Below are positions 28,777 through 38,724 of a DNA stretch of 64,000 nt, one piece after another (position 1 is the stretch's first letter; each line of letters starts with the position of its first letter). This DNA comes from Acidimicrobiales bacterium. Its GTDB lineage: Bacteria; Actinomycetota; Acidimicrobiia; Acidimicrobiales; SHLQ01. Below the pieces are notes generated by a model. It was not told where the DNA came from and ran no database searches. It was given only the letters and a program-made list of their open reading frames with translations. The translations under genes and the position numbers were made by a program. The DNA is taken from contig OZ244202.1 of the NCBI GenBank assembly GCA_965216815.1, positions 872,963 through 936,962 on the forward strand, given 5' to 3'.

Positions 28777-29466
28777 CTAGCGAGCGGGCTTCTCGCGAGT
28801 TTCCCAGTCGCGTGCGCCGAAGTAGGGCTCGAACACTTGCCCGATGTGGGCGAGATCGGCGTCGGTCTTGGGGGTCTTGATCTCGTAGAGGAACGGAACC
28901 CGCTGGTAGGCGCAGGTCAGCTCCCAGAGAGCGAGAGCGTCATCGCCTTCGGGTGCGGGGGCGACGACCGGTCCGTACACCATCGACTCGGTGCTGTCGT
29001 CGTCGAACACGAGGGTCGGCACGCCGAATCCGCCGGCGTCGACGACCGCGTCGTGGTCGGCCTTGACCTCGTCGTGTGTGGTCGGGTCGGCAATCGCAGC
29101 GTCGACGACCAAGGGGTCGAGTCCGATGTCGTCGAGCAGCATCTTCGCGACCTCGGGTTCGTGCGGCTTGAGTCCGTCCTCGTGCAGCGCCCGTCCGGCT
29201 GCTTCATAGAAGCGATCGCAGTCGTCCATCGAGCTACGTCTGAGCATCGCGGCGACCCGCAACATGCCCCATCCATAGCTCCATGGCCGCTCCCAAGGGT
29301 GCTTCTTTCCCTCCTCGCGGTTGATTTCCTCGAGGGAAAAGAACCGCCAGTCGATCTCGAGACCCGTTTGGTCGCGGACCGTGCGGATCCACTTCGAGGT
29401 TTGATAGGCCCAGGGGCACATAACGTCGAAGTGGAAGCCGATGCGGGTGACGTCGTCGCTGCTCAT
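28777..29466 (-). CDS. DsbA-fold protein (Rv2466c-like mycothiol-dependent reductase)
   Basis: FHFDVMCPWAY, GFGVPT, YGPV. Confidence 0.8.
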   Translation of the reverse strand: MSSDDVTRIGFHFDVMCPWAYQTSKWIRTVRDQTGLEIDWRFFSLEEINREEGKKHPWERPWSYGWGMLRVAAMLRRSSMDDCDRFYEAAGRALHEDGLKPHEPEVAKMLLDDIGLDPLVVDAAIADPTTHDEVKADHDAVVDAGGFGVPTLVFDDDSTESMVYGPVVAPAPEGDDALALWELTCAYQRVPFLYEIKTPKTDADLAHIGQVFEPYFGARDWETREKPAR

Positions 29467-29476
29467 CGGTCCTCAC

Positions 29477-30265
29477 TCACATCGTGTAGCGGAGGTTTCT
29501 CGCGGCGTGCGCCCCGAGTTCGTCGTCGCCGCTCCAGGTGATACGCCCTTCGGCGATCGGCTGTTCGGGGTCGATGCGTCCGCATGCCAGCAGTGCAAAT
29601 GTGACCGAATCGGCGACGATCTCGACGTCGGGGTTGTCGATCGGGTCGACAGGTGCCGCGCGACCGTCGACCTTCACCGACATCGTTCGCTCGACCGGCC
29701 CGGTGAGTCGGAAGGTGATCGATTTCCCATCGGGGAGATCGATCTTCTTGCCGACGATGTAGCCCAACGATCCCTCGATCTCGTCTATCGACTGCTCGGC
29801 GGCTGGGCCGCCCTCGTGGCCGGCAACTCCGAGCGGCACCCGCATGTCTTGTTCGTGAACCCAGAAGTCGAAGACCCGAATCGCCATGAACTTGCCGTAG
29901 GTTGCGAGTCCGACCGGGGTGAGCGACGGGCTGTTGAACTGCTCGTCGGTGAGCGCCTCGAGTTCGGCCCGTCGCCCGTCGGCGATGGAGCGGATTCTGT
30001 CGACGAGTGCCTCACCGGAAACGGCCAGGATGGCTTCCTGGGCCGCTCCCATCTCTGCGAAGGGTGGAGGGTCGTCGGGTCCCGACGGGAGCCATCCGGT
30101 CATCACCTGTTCGAGACCGAACAGGTGACCGAGCACGCCATGGATCGTCCACTCGGGACACAGCGACTGCACCGAGAGCTGATCGTCGCTCAGGCCGTCG
30201 GCGAGGTCGAGCACCGAGTCGTAGCAAGCGTTGAGATTCGCGATGGTCGTCGTTCGCTCTGACAT
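29477..30265 (-). CDS. Maleylpyruvate isomerase family mycothiol-dependent enzyme
   Basis: SLCPEWTIHGVLGH, RVFDFWVHEQDMR. Confidence 0.88.
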   Translation of the reverse strand: MSERTTTIANLNACYDSVLDLADGLSDDQLSVQSLCPEWTIHGVLGHLFGLEQVMTGWLPSGPDDPPPFAEMGAAQEAILAVSGEALVDRIRSIADGRRAELEALTDEQFNSPSLTPVGLATYGKFMAIRVFDFWVHEQDMRVPLGVAGHEGGPAAEQSIDEIEGSLGYIVGKKIDLPDGKSITFRLTGPVERTMSVKVDGRAAPVDPIDNPDVEIVADSVTFALLACGRIDPEQPIAEGRITWSGDDELGAHAARNLRYTM

Positions 30266-30338
30266 GGTTCCCTTGTATCGCTGTCGCAGGTGGCTTCGTC
30301 AGTCTTTCGCGTGCATCGCAGGAGTGCGAGTCGTGTGT

Positions 30339-31178
30339 TCAACCCACAGCGATGAGGGCGGTTGCGGCTATCGCGGCTGTGCAGCCGGTCAGCTGGGCAG
30401 CGGTGAGTCGCTCATGGAGCACGGCTCGGGCCAACAACACCGTCGCCACCGGGTAGAGCGATGACAGCACGGAGACGATCGTGAGCTGTCCCTGGTCGGT
30501 CGCGTAAAGGAAGAGGACGTTCGAGGTGGTGTCGAGGACACCGGCGACGAGGATCAGCCCGAGCGCGCCGGGCGCGGACGCGACCAGCGGCCGCCGTGTC
30601 GCGAGGAGAAACACCAGCAGGGTGCCTGTCGTGATGGTGCGAGCCCCGACCGTCGGCCACGGCGCTGTTGCACCCTCGGTCGCATCCATGAAGATGAAGA
30701 AGATCCCGAACCCTGCGCCCGCAGCTAACGCCTCGGCGATCACCTGCGGAGTCACCGGGGCACTGTCGGCTTCGCTGTCAGCCGACGATACGAGCCCGAT
30801 GGAAACGATCGCCAGGCCAACGCCGGCCCATCCCGCAACGGTGAGGGAGTCGCCGCCGAGCACCCCCCACGCGGCCGGCACCGCAGCGGACGTGATCGCT
30901 GTGACAGGAGCGACCACCGACATCGGTCCTCGGCCGAGCCCGCGATAGAGCAGGCCGACCCCGATCCCGCCGAACGCACCGCCGGCCATTCCGAGACCGA
31001 AGTCGATGGCCGTGAACTCCTCGGCCAGTAGCAGAGCGGCGACCGTTGCTCCGACGAGACCGATTCCGTGCGATCCGAGCACGACCTGGGTGACCCTGGC
31101 CCTGCGCGTGGCGAGACCGCCGAAGAAGTCGCCGACGCCGAATATCCCAGCTGTCAGGAGCGAGAGCAATACGGCCAT
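30339..31178 (-). CDS. EamA/DMT family transporter
   Basis: ~10 TMs, GPMSVVAP, SSLYP, LHERL. Confidence 0.88.
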   Translation of the reverse strand: MAVLLSLLTAGIFGVGDFFGGLATRRARVTQVVLGSHGIGLVGATVAALLLAEEFTAIDFGLGMAGGAFGGIGVGLLYRGLGRGPMSVVAPVTAITSAAVPAAWGVLGGDSLTVAGWAGVGLAIVSIGLVSSADSEADSAPVTPQVIAEALAAGAGFGIFFIFMDATEGATAPWPTVGARTITTGTLLVFLLATRRPLVASAPGALGLILVAGVLDTTSNVLFLYATDQGQLTIVSVLSSLYPVATVLLARAVLHERLTAAQLTGCTAAIAATALIAVG

Positions 31179-31213
31179 GGCCGCCGAAGCTTACGGGGTG
31201 TTAGAACACGGGC

Positions 31214-32203
31214 ATGACGAAGATCTTCTACGAGGCGGACGCCGACATGAGCGTTCTCGACGGCAAGTCGGTCGCTGTGGTCGGGTACGGCAACCAGGGC
31301 CGCAGCTGGGCGCTCAACCTGCGCGACAGCGGAGTTGACGTTCGGGTCTGCGTTCGCAACGACGATTCGCGCCGACAGGCGATCGAGGAGGGCTTCGACG
31401 CGGCCGATCTCGAAACAGCGAGCGACGCCGATGTGTTGTGTCTGCTGGTACCCGACGATGCGATCCCCGAGCTTCCGATCGCACCGCGCGACGACGCGAC
31501 GACGATCGTGGCGTCGGGCTACACCCTCGCCTTCGATCGATTCGACCCTTCCGGAGACCAAGCGATGGTGGCGCCGCGCATGCTCGGACCGGAGGTGCGC
31601 CTCTGCTACGAGGAGGGTTGGGGTTTCATCACCGGTCTCGGAGTGCACAAGGACCGCACCGGTGAGGCGGCGGCGCGCAGCCTCGCGATCACACACGGCA
31701 TCGGGGGGCTTCGGCAGGGAGCGATCGAGATGTCGCCGCACCAGGAGGCTGTCCTCGACCTTGCGGTCGAACAGGTTCTGTCACCGGCGCTGACCCACAT
31801 CAACATGCACTTCGTGAAGCTGATGCTCGCCAACGACATCCCGTTCGAGGCGGTCATGGCCGAGCTGAACCTCTCCGGTGAGGTAGAGCGCAGCTATCGG
31901 TTGGTTCGCGAGCTCGGGTTCGTGGGCCAGCTCGGCTTCCATTCCCCGACCAGCCAATACGGTCAGCTGTCGCGACGCGGGGCATTTGACGACGTCGACG
32001 TGGCGACGACGATGGAGTCGCTGCTCGAGCAGATCACCTCGGGCGCATTCGCCGACGAGTGGGACGAACAACGAGATGCCGGTCACCCGCGACTCGCCGA
32101 GCTCTGGAACGAGCATGCGAGCGATCAGATCGCCGAGATGGAACTCGACCTGCGACGGCGGCTCGGCGAGAGGGTCACGCCGACCGGCCCGGCCCCGGCA
32201 TAG
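31214..32203 (+). CDS. Ketol-acid reductoisomerase-like oxidoreductase
   Basis: KIFYEADAD, GYGNQG, NLRDSG, HSPTSQYG; DLAVEQ in place of DLFGEQ. Confidence 0.8.
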   Translation: MTKIFYEADADMSVLDGKSVAVVGYGNQGRSWALNLRDSGVDVRVCVRNDDSRRQAIEEGFDAADLETASDADVLCLLVPDDAIPELPIAPRDDATTIVASGYTLAFDRFDPSGDQAMVAPRMLGPEVRLCYEEGWGFITGLGVHKDRTGEAAARSLAITHGIGGLRQGAIEMSPHQEAVLDLAVEQVLSPALTHINMHFVKLMLANDIPFEAVMAELNLSGEVERSYRLVRELGFVGQLGFHSPTSQYGQLSRRGAFDDVDVATTMESLLEQITSGAFADEWDEQRDAGHPRLAELWNEHASDQIAEMELDLRRRLGERVTPTGPAPA

Positions 32204-32216
32204 AGAAGCTCGGCCG

Positions 32217-33185
32217 ATGAGCGAAACCTGCGATCAGTGCGGCTTCGATTCCGACGAGTGGAACGACCAGGACACGGTCCAAACGCTCGGCTGCGCGCAT
32301 CGACTGGTCGCTTCGTGGACCGAGCAGCTGGATGACCGCCTCTACAACAAGCGGCCGAGTTCGCAGGTCTGGTCGGTCGGCGAGTACGTGAACCACGTTC
32401 GAGAGGTCATGTTCGGTCTTCGGGCGCTCACCGAGGTCGCTCTCGAGGGGCTCGGCACCGACCTCGGAGCACCGATCGAGCCTGGACCGCCCGGGGCGCG
32501 TGTCGATCACGACCCCGAGGAGTCGGCCTCTGCGCTCGCGACCGAGGCGCTCACGTTCGCTCGTCGTCTCGGTGAACTCGACGATCAGGCTTGGGGAGAG
32601 TGGGCGATCATCGGCGACAACCGACGCGACGTTCGCTGGGCATCGCGTCACGCGGTTCACGACCTCTGGCACCACCTGATCGACATCGCCGATGTGCGCG
32701 TGGCGCTCGGCGACGCACCGACCCGGCAGGTCGGCGAACTGGTGCAGATCAATCGATCGGGTGGCGGCGTGCCGAAACTCCCGATCGATTCGGCTGTCGT
32801 TGGTCATCGCGGAGTCGACGGTGATTCACAGGCCGCTCGTGTGCACCACGGCCGTCCGTGGCAGGCGCTGTGTCTGTGGAGCGCCGACGTGATCGAGGCC
32901 CTCGTCGACGAGGGCCACCCGATATTTCCGGGTGCAGCAGGCGAGAACCTCACGCTGCGAGGCATCGACTGGTCTGCTATTCGTGCCGGTCTCGTCGTCG
33001 AGGTCGGTGAGGTCGTGTGCCGCATCAGCGCCCCGGCCGACCCCTGCGCCCAGAACGCGCGGTGGTTCGCCGACGGTGACTTCGGGCGCATGGACCACAT
33101 TGACCACCCGGGTTGGAGCCGCTGGTACGCATCCGTGGAAGGCCCCGGCGCCATCCAGACGGGCGATCACGTTGTCGTTGCGTGA
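32217..33185 (+). CDS. DinB-domain/MOSC-domain fusion protein
   Basis: CDQCGF, WSVGEYVNH...HDLWHH (DinB-like); GGVPK, GAAGENLT, PC (MOSC). Confidence 0.8.
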   Translation: MSETCDQCGFDSDEWNDQDTVQTLGCAHRLVASWTEQLDDRLYNKRPSSQVWSVGEYVNHVREVMFGLRALTEVALEGLGTDLGAPIEPGPPGARVDHDPEESASALATEALTFARRLGELDDQAWGEWAIIGDNRRDVRWASRHAVHDLWHHLIDIADVRVALGDAPTRQVGELVQINRSGGGVPKLPIDSAVVGHRGVDGDSQAARVHHGRPWQALCLWSADVIEALVDEGHPIFPGAAGENLTLRGIDWSAIRAGLVVEVGEVVCRISAPADPCAQNARWFADGDFGRMDHIDHPGWSRWYASVEGPGAIQTGDHVVVA

Positions 33186-33245
33186 TTGCCCGACAAGACC
33201 GTTTCTACTAGTCATGGCGCCACACAACCAGGGAAGGCGAGAGCT

Positions 33246-34091
33246 ATGACGATGACGGTTACGCCGGTTGCCGGCGCGCTCGGGGTCGAGATCGGTGGGG
33301 TGGACCTGCGGGACCCCGATCTCGACTTCGACGCCGTTCACGCCGCGCTGTTGGAACACGAGGTCATCTTCTTCCGCGAGGTCGGGCTGAGCGAGGAAGA
33401 GCACTTCGAGCTCGGGCGGCGGTTCGGAACACCGAGCATCTTCCCGGTTGCGCGCATCATGGGTGCGACCGAGGCCTCGACGACGGTGATCGAGGATGGG
33501 CCCGACTCGGCCAACGCGGCCGATGAGTGGCACACGGACGTGACCTGGACCGCCGAGCCGCCCGCGTACGCACTACTGCACATGGACCTCGCCCCCGAGC
33601 GAGGCGGCGACACGCTGTGGGCCTCGGCGACCCGTGCCTATGAGACGCTGTCACCGGCGATGCAGGAGTTCCTTTGCGGGCTCACCGTCGTGCACGATCC
33701 CGAGGGGTTCATCCGTGGCGTCTACAAGAAGGCCGGAGACTCGGCCGAGGAGATCGCGTCCGCTCTACGCAGTGACTATGGGCCGGTCGAACATCCGATG
33801 ATCCGCACCCATCCCGAAACCGGCAAGCGGGCGATCCTCTATGCCGAGCGCTTCATCTCCCACATCAAGGACCTGACGCCGGCCGAGAGCGATGCCGTCC
33901 TGGCCTTCGTGGGCCGCCATGTGACCGACTCGTCGCTGCATTGTCGATGGCGCTGGACCGAGGGCGACCTGGCGATCTGGGACGAACGGTCGACGCTGCA
34001 CCGTGCTGCCGCTGACCACCACCCGCAACGCCGCCGCGTTCGCCGCATCGAGATCGACGGCGACCGGCCCTATTTCGATCCGTCGGCCTGA
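33246..34091 (+). CDS. TauD/TfdA family 2OG dioxygenase
   Basis: WHTD, GGDT, HPMIRTHPETG, IWDERSTLH. Confidence 0.92.
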   Translation: MTMTVTPVAGALGVEIGGVDLRDPDLDFDAVHAALLEHEVIFFREVGLSEEEHFELGRRFGTPSIFPVARIMGATEASTTVIEDGPDSANAADEWHTDVTWTAEPPAYALLHMDLAPERGGDTLWASATRAYETLSPAMQEFLCGLTVVHDPEGFIRGVYKKAGDSAEEIASALRSDYGPVEHPMIRTHPETGKRAILYAERFISHIKDLTPAESDAVLAFVGRHVTDSSLHCRWRWTEGDLAIWDERSTLHRAAADHHPQRRRVRRIEIDGDRPYFDPSA

Positions 34092-34095
34092 GCGT

Positions 34096-34905
34096 CTAAT
34101 CGGTCATGAACGACGCGAAGGCGCCCAAGAGGGCGGGCGCGGCAGGAAGCAGCTGTTCGACCGGTTGGCCGCGTCCCGACAGGGCGTCGACGAGGCTGCA
34201 CAGCTCGCCGTGCATCTCGGTGTGGGCGTCGGGTGTTTCCACGCTCGATATCCGACCGGACTCGTGGCTCGCTGTCACCGTGAAGTCGGGCGGTCCGGTG
34301 AAGGTGACGGTCGCTTCGAAGGGCTGTTCCATCATCCTGGTCGGCAACATCGCCATGAGCATCCCGTAGAGCGCAGAGAGTCGTTGCTCGTGTTCGGTCG
34401 ACTCGACGCTGAGTCCGAGCGGCAGAGCGGTGTCGCGCTCGTGTAGCCACGAATCCCAGAAACCGTGCACCACCATTACCGACCAGTGTGCGGGCCCGTA
34501 CACCGTTGCCCCGGTCGAGTCGTCGCCCGCGGCCAGTCGCTCACCGACGCGAGTCCGGAGCTTGGGCGCATCCCGGGCGTAGCGCGCCAGCGTTTGGTCC
34601 GGGTGGTCCGTGGCCGATGACGCGAGCCACACATCGGGGGTCGACCGCGGGTCGAAGCCGTCGACGCCCATCGGTGGCGGTTCGCCCAGGACCACTGCAG
34701 TCATCCGTTGCATGCCGTCGGCGACGTGCCGCGCGGTGTCGTGCACCGTCCAGTCCCGATTGCGCGAGCGGTGGGTCCACTGCTCGTCCGACAGGGATTG
34801 CCAAGTGTCGATCACCCGGGAGTGATGTGCCTCGAGGATGTCGACGAGGTGCTCGCCGCCGACATCGACCCCGCGTTCGGTCGACACGCTCCACCGCTTG
34901 GTCAT
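34096..34905 (-). CDS. Maleylpyruvate isomerase family mycothiol-dependent enzyme
   Basis: WTVHDTARH, FWDSWLHERD; overlaps the APH stop. Confidence 0.8.
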   Translation of the reverse strand: MTKRWSVSTERGVDVGGEHLVDILEAHHSRVIDTWQSLSDEQWTHRSRNRDWTVHDTARHVADGMQRMTAVVLGEPPPMGVDGFDPRSTPDVWLASSATDHPDQTLARYARDAPKLRTRVGERLAAGDDSTGATVYGPAHWSVMVVHGFWDSWLHERDTALPLGLSVESTEHEQRLSALYGMLMAMLPTRMMEQPFEATVTFTGPPDFTVTASHESGRISSVETPDAHTEMHGELCSLVDALSGRGQPVEQLLPAAPALLGAFASFMTD

Positions 34906-35810
34906 CGCCCGTTCCGTTCGGTGACAGCTTCCAGTGTGCGCCGGGCGATGGCGCGCATGAAGGCGTTGTCCGCTGACGACGAAACGATCGCCAATCCGTG
35001 CGACGCGCCCCAGCCGCGACCGCGCTCCCACATGGCATCGTCGATAGGTCGGGTAGGGGTGTCGGCTGCCTCCCGAAAGATCTCGCGTTCGGCGGAGTCG
35101 AACAGCGCCCAGGCGACAAGCAGGTCGGTCGCCGGGTCGCCTGCGGTGATGTCGCCGAAATCGATGACCGCCGAGATCGAGCCGTCGCGCACGATGATGT
35201 TCGCTGGGTGAAGGTCGCCATGGAGCCAGATCGGTGGCCCATCCCACGGTGGCGCTTCCAGCGCCGAGCGCCACGCTGCTTCAACCGCCGATCGGAAGTC
35301 GGGCTCGTCATCGAGGCACCCGAGGCGTTCGGTTGTGGTGTCGTCGCGCTCGGCGAGCGGCCCGCCGCGATACGGGTTCGGCGGATAATCGCCCGTGGCC
35401 GGTTGATGCAATGCAGCTACGAACTCGCCCAGCGAGCGCGCTACTGCGTCCGGGTGGTCGAGCGGTTCGGTGCCAATCGCAGTGCCCTCGAACCAGGGCA
35501 CGATCGTCCAACTCCACGGATAGTCGTCCGACGGCTCGCCGATACGCACCGGTGTCGGCACCGGGAGCGGCAGGTGCGGAGCGATCTCCGGCAGCCATCG
35601 GCACTCGTGCGCGACGAGGACCGCCGCCATCTCGCGTCGGGGGAGGCGCACCATCAGCTCGTCGCCGAGGCGGTAGAGGACGTTGTCCCAACCGTTGGCG
35701 ATCAGAACGAGAGGGAGATCTGCGAGATCGGGGTGCTGGCTCTCGAGGAGCGAGCGCACGAGCTCGGCGGTCACGTCGACCTCGGCGGCGGGCATGTTCG
35801 AGGCGACCAC
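34902..35810 (-). CDS. Aminoglycoside phosphotransferase (APH) family kinase
   Basis: GWDN, VRLPRR, HGDLHPAN, IDFGD. Confidence 0.9.
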   Translation of the reverse strand: MVASNMPAAEVDVTAELVRSLLESQHPDLADLPLVLIANGWDNVLYRLGDELMVRLPRREMAAVLVAHECRWLPEIAPHLPLPVPTPVRIGEPSDDYPWSWTIVPWFEGTAIGTEPLDHPDAVARSLGEFVAALHQPATGDYPPNPYRGGPLAERDDTTTERLGCLDDEPDFRSAVEAAWRSALEAPPWDGPPIWLHGDLHPANIIVRDGSISAVIDFGDITAGDPATDLLVAWALFDSAEREIFREAADTPTRPIDDAMWERGRGWGASHGLAIVSSSADNAFMRAIARRTLEAVTERNGR

Positions 35811-35912
35811 ACCACAACGCTAGTCAGGTCACGGCTCGGGTGCGTTCGCCGACGCGCCCGAGGGCCGCGTGCTCAGAGATCACGCGGCCGTCGGGAAACG
35901 TCCGTCGGGGCT

Positions 35913-36638
35913 TCAGCCGATGCGAGTGATCTCGTAGCTCACGACAGCACGCGAGAACCCCCATATCTCGGGATCGAGCAGCTCGGCGTTGGTACCGTCG
36001 TTGGTGATACCGCGGTGACGCCGGACCACACCGTTCTCAGCAAGGGCAGGGTCGGTTTCGCCGGTGCCCGTCGCACCCCCGGAGCACGGTGGCACGAGAT
36101 CTGCCAGTGCTTCTGTGTTGAGCTCGGTCCCAGCGTCGTATGCGCGGGGGCGGTAGGTGCGCGTATGACCGACGCGAGCCGGAAGACGCTTGCTGTCGAG
36201 ACCCGTGAACCCGTCGTTGGTGCACACCACCATCGAGAGCGAGGTCAACCGGCGCACGTTGGCCGGCACCGTGATCTCATACGTGCGGCTCGTGCCGGCT
36301 GGGATCGGACCGTCGGGTGCGACGCCGTTCGCGCGGACGTGCCGGCTGTTGGAGAACAGCTCGTCGAGCGGAGCGGTGTTGCCGTTCTCGGCGAGCTGCT
36401 GCAATTCGTACGACGCTGCGTGTCCACGTTGCACGAAATCTGCTCGCTGGGTGTGGGCCGCCCATACCGGCGGCGTCAGAATCTGGCCGTCGGTGAGATT
36501 CGTGACCGTGACCTCGTAGGTTCGGCCGTTCGGATAGTCGGAGCCCCCTGCGGAGGCAGGTGTTGCTGCGAGAACGGCGAGCGTCGCAAGCGCCGCCACC
36601 ACGCTCGAGGCGCGCAATCCCCATCTGGTGTTCAACAT
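35913..36638 (-). CDS. Secreted spondin_N-domain protein
   Basis: Signal peptide, YEVTVTNLT, LAENGN, TNDGF, YDAGTE. Confidence 0.85.
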   Translation of the reverse strand: MLNTRWGLRASSVVAALATLAVLAATPASAGGSDYPNGRTYEVTVTNLTDGQILTPPVWAAHTQRADFVQRGHAASYELQQLAENGNTAPLDELFSNSRHVRANGVAPDGPIPAGTSRTYEITVPANVRRLTSLSMVVCTNDGFTGLDSKRLPARVGHTRTYRPRAYDAGTELNTEALADLVPPCSGGATGTGETDPALAENGVVRRHRGITNDGTNAELLDPEIWGFSRAVVSYEITRIG

Positions 36639-36930
36639 TTGTCGTACCCTTTCGTTGGCAATGTGCCCCGGTCGGCGCACCTCGCGGCATCATCCATGGG
36701 GTGCGTCGCCTGGGCCCGCCCGCAACGCGCGGGCGACTCACTGACAACGTCGGTGGTCCTCGGAGGGTTCCCCGGTGGTCGCTCCACGGTGGTGTAGACC
36801 CCGTCTCGCCAGGGCATGCCTGGTGAGGTGGTGGAATGGAGACCATGAATTTCGACCCCCGCCGAGAATGTGACGTGGTCCAACCTCGGCCTCGTTCGCA
36901 CGTTGGGGTCTCACCCACCATCATGAGTAC

Positions 36931-37338
36931 GTGGCCGATCTCGCGAGCACGCGCAAGCAGTACCACCTGTGGCCGAGCGAGAAGGGCGACGGTTTTGATG
37001 CCTGGGACGTCGACCGCTTGATCGACCTCGCCGACGGTTTGGACATCGAGCAGGTCCCGATCGATTCGGTCGACGAGGTCGACTCGATCTATTGGTTCGA
37101 CGACGTGCACCGACCGACGGTTCGCGCAGTCGTCGCTCATGCTCGCCTCATCGAGGAGGTCGACACGAGCTACCCAATCATTCTCGGACCCGACGGTCGT
37201 GTCATGGACGGCATGCACCGCATCGCCCGTGCGCTTCGCGACGGAGCGTCACACATCAGCGCACGTCGACTCACCGAGCTGCCACCCCCGGACTATCGAA
37301 ACGCCCGTCCCGACGAACTCCCATACGAACGGAACTGA
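36931..37338 (+). CDS. Hypothetical protein with ParB/Srx-like motif
   Basis: YPIIL...VMDGMHR. Confidence 0.7.
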   Translation: MADLASTRKQYHLWPSEKGDGFDAWDVDRLIDLADGLDIEQVPIDSVDEVDSIYWFDDVHRPTVRAVVAHARLIEEVDTSYPIILGPDGRVMDGMHRIARALRDGASHISARRLTELPPPDYRNARPDELPYERN

Positions 37339-37368
37339 CTGCGCCATTCCGCTCCCGGATACCGCGTT

Positions 37369-37998
37369 ACCTGGTACGGGCAGGTGTCGCGGTGCGATTG
37401 GTCGTGGCAGTCTGGGATCATGACCGATGGCCACCTCATCGTCGTGACGGGAATCATGGCTGCGGGCAAGTCAACGGTCGCCGAGGCGCTTGCCGAACGC
37501 TTTCCGATGGGAGCCCACGTTCGTGGTGATCGCTACCGGCGCTCAATCGTTCGCGGGCGCCACGAGATGTCGCCCGAGCCTTCCGCCCAGGCCCTCGACC
37601 AGCTCCGGCTCCGATACCGTATGGCGATCGCTACCGCCGAGCAGTACCGCCAAGAGGGTTTCACGACGGTCCTGCAGGACATCATCATCGGCCCGATGCT
37701 CGGTGACTTCGTCGAGATGGTGCCCCATCGGCCCTTCTCCCTCATCGTTCTCACGCCGAGTCCTACCGAGGTCGCGATCCGCGAGCGGGGCCGGTCCAAA
37801 GAGGGATATGTCGACTTCACACCCGAGCAGCTCCACTCGACGCTCCAGTCGAACACGCCGAAGTTGGGGTACTGGCTCGACTCGACGGAACTCACCGTTG
37901 AAGAGACGGTCGACCTTGCCCTCGCCAATGTCGGCGGAGCGGCGCTCATCACCTGAATGAGCTGGTGCATGCGACACCTGGTACGGGCAGGTGTCGCG
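37369..37998. repeat. 23-bp direct repeats flanking one gene
   Basis: acctggtacgggcaggtgtcgcg at 37369-37391 and 37976-37998. Confidence 0.8.
37420..37956 (+). CDS. AAA-family small P-loop kinase/phosphotransferase
   Basis: GIMAAGKST Walker A, HVRGD. Confidence 0.85.
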   Translation: MTDGHLIVVTGIMAAGKSTVAEALAERFPMGAHVRGDRYRRSIVRGRHEMSPEPSAQALDQLRLRYRMAIATAEQYRQEGFTTVLQDIIIGPMLGDFVEMVPHRPFSLIVLTPSPTEVAIRERGRSKEGYVDFTPEQLHSTLQSNTPKLGYWLDSTELTVEETVDLALANVGGAALIT

Positions 37999-38017
37999 AT
38001 AGCGAGGCGTGCAGACA

Positions 38018-38071
38018 GCGACGTTTCGCCGGAGGCGAAACTCGGTTAGTGAGGCCGGAGGCCGAACGGCG
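38018..38071 (-). repeat. tRNA-linked repeat unit
   Basis: 54 nt directly 3' of tRNA-Ser(CGA), near-identical to 40992-41045. Confidence 0.85.
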
Positions 38072-38158
38072 CGGAGGGTAAGGGATTCGAACCCTTGGTG
38101 ACGCAAGCGCCACAACGGCTTTCGAGGCCGCCCCATTCGTCCGCTCTGGCAACCCTCC
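38072..38158 (-). tRNA. tRNA-Ser (anticodon CGA)
   Basis: GGAGGGTTGCCAGAGCGG...GCGGC-CTCGAAA-GCCGT, long variable arm, GGTTCGAATCC, ACCCTCCG. Confidence 0.95.
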
Positions 38159-38198
38159 GGCGACGAGGGTAGCGGCTCGGCAGCTTCGTGTGACCGGC

Positions 38199-38645
38199 TC
38201 AACGCCGTGAGGCGAAGAAGTCGGTGAGCAGGTCGGCACATTCGGCCGCTCGCACGCCGCCGACGAGCTCGAACTCGTGGTTGAGTCGAGGATCGGCCGC
38301 GATGTTGTAGAGCGATCCGCACGCTCCGGCGCGGGGGTCGTCGGCGCCGAAAACGACGCGGCGGATGCGGCTGTTGAAGAGCGCGCCAGCGCACATCGGG
38401 CAGGGTTCCAGCGTCACGGCAAGTGTCGCGGTTTCGAGGCGCCAGCCGCCGGTGGCGGCTGCGGCGTCGCGCAGCGCGAGGATCTCGGCATGTGCGGTCG
38501 GGTCGTCGGTGGTCTCGCGCTCGTTTCGTCGAGCTGCTACGACCTCACCGTCGATGACGACAACAGCACCGACGGGAACCTCTCCCGCCGCCGCTGCTTC
38601 GGCTGCCTGTTCGAGCGCGACACCGATCATCGACTCGTCGTCCAC
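38199..38645 (-). CDS. tadA: tRNA adenosine deaminase
   Basis: GEVPVGA, HAE, EPCPMC; start approximate. Confidence 0.92.
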   Translation of the reverse strand: MDDESMIGVALEQAAEAAAAGEVPVGAVVVIDGEVVAARRNERETTDDPTAHAEILALRDAAAATGGWRLETATLAVTLEPCPMCAGALFNSRIRRVVFGADDPRAGACGSLYNIAADPRLNHEFELVGGVRAAECADLLTDFFASRR

Positions 38646-38724
38646 ACCGGTCACGATACCGATGCCCGCATCGCTTCTCGGGAAACCACAGGCGAGCGGC
38701 CTCCGGCAACTACCGTTCGAGCCG

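Noticed and set aside
34902-35810. APH gene as a true antibiotic-resistance determinant
   Set aside because: Generic APH/choline-kinase family motifs only; chromosomal, with no mobile context
36700-36900. Riboswitch upstream of the spondin-domain gene
   Set aside because: A hairpin is present (CTCGCCAGG...CCTGGTGAG) but I recognise no aptamer consensus
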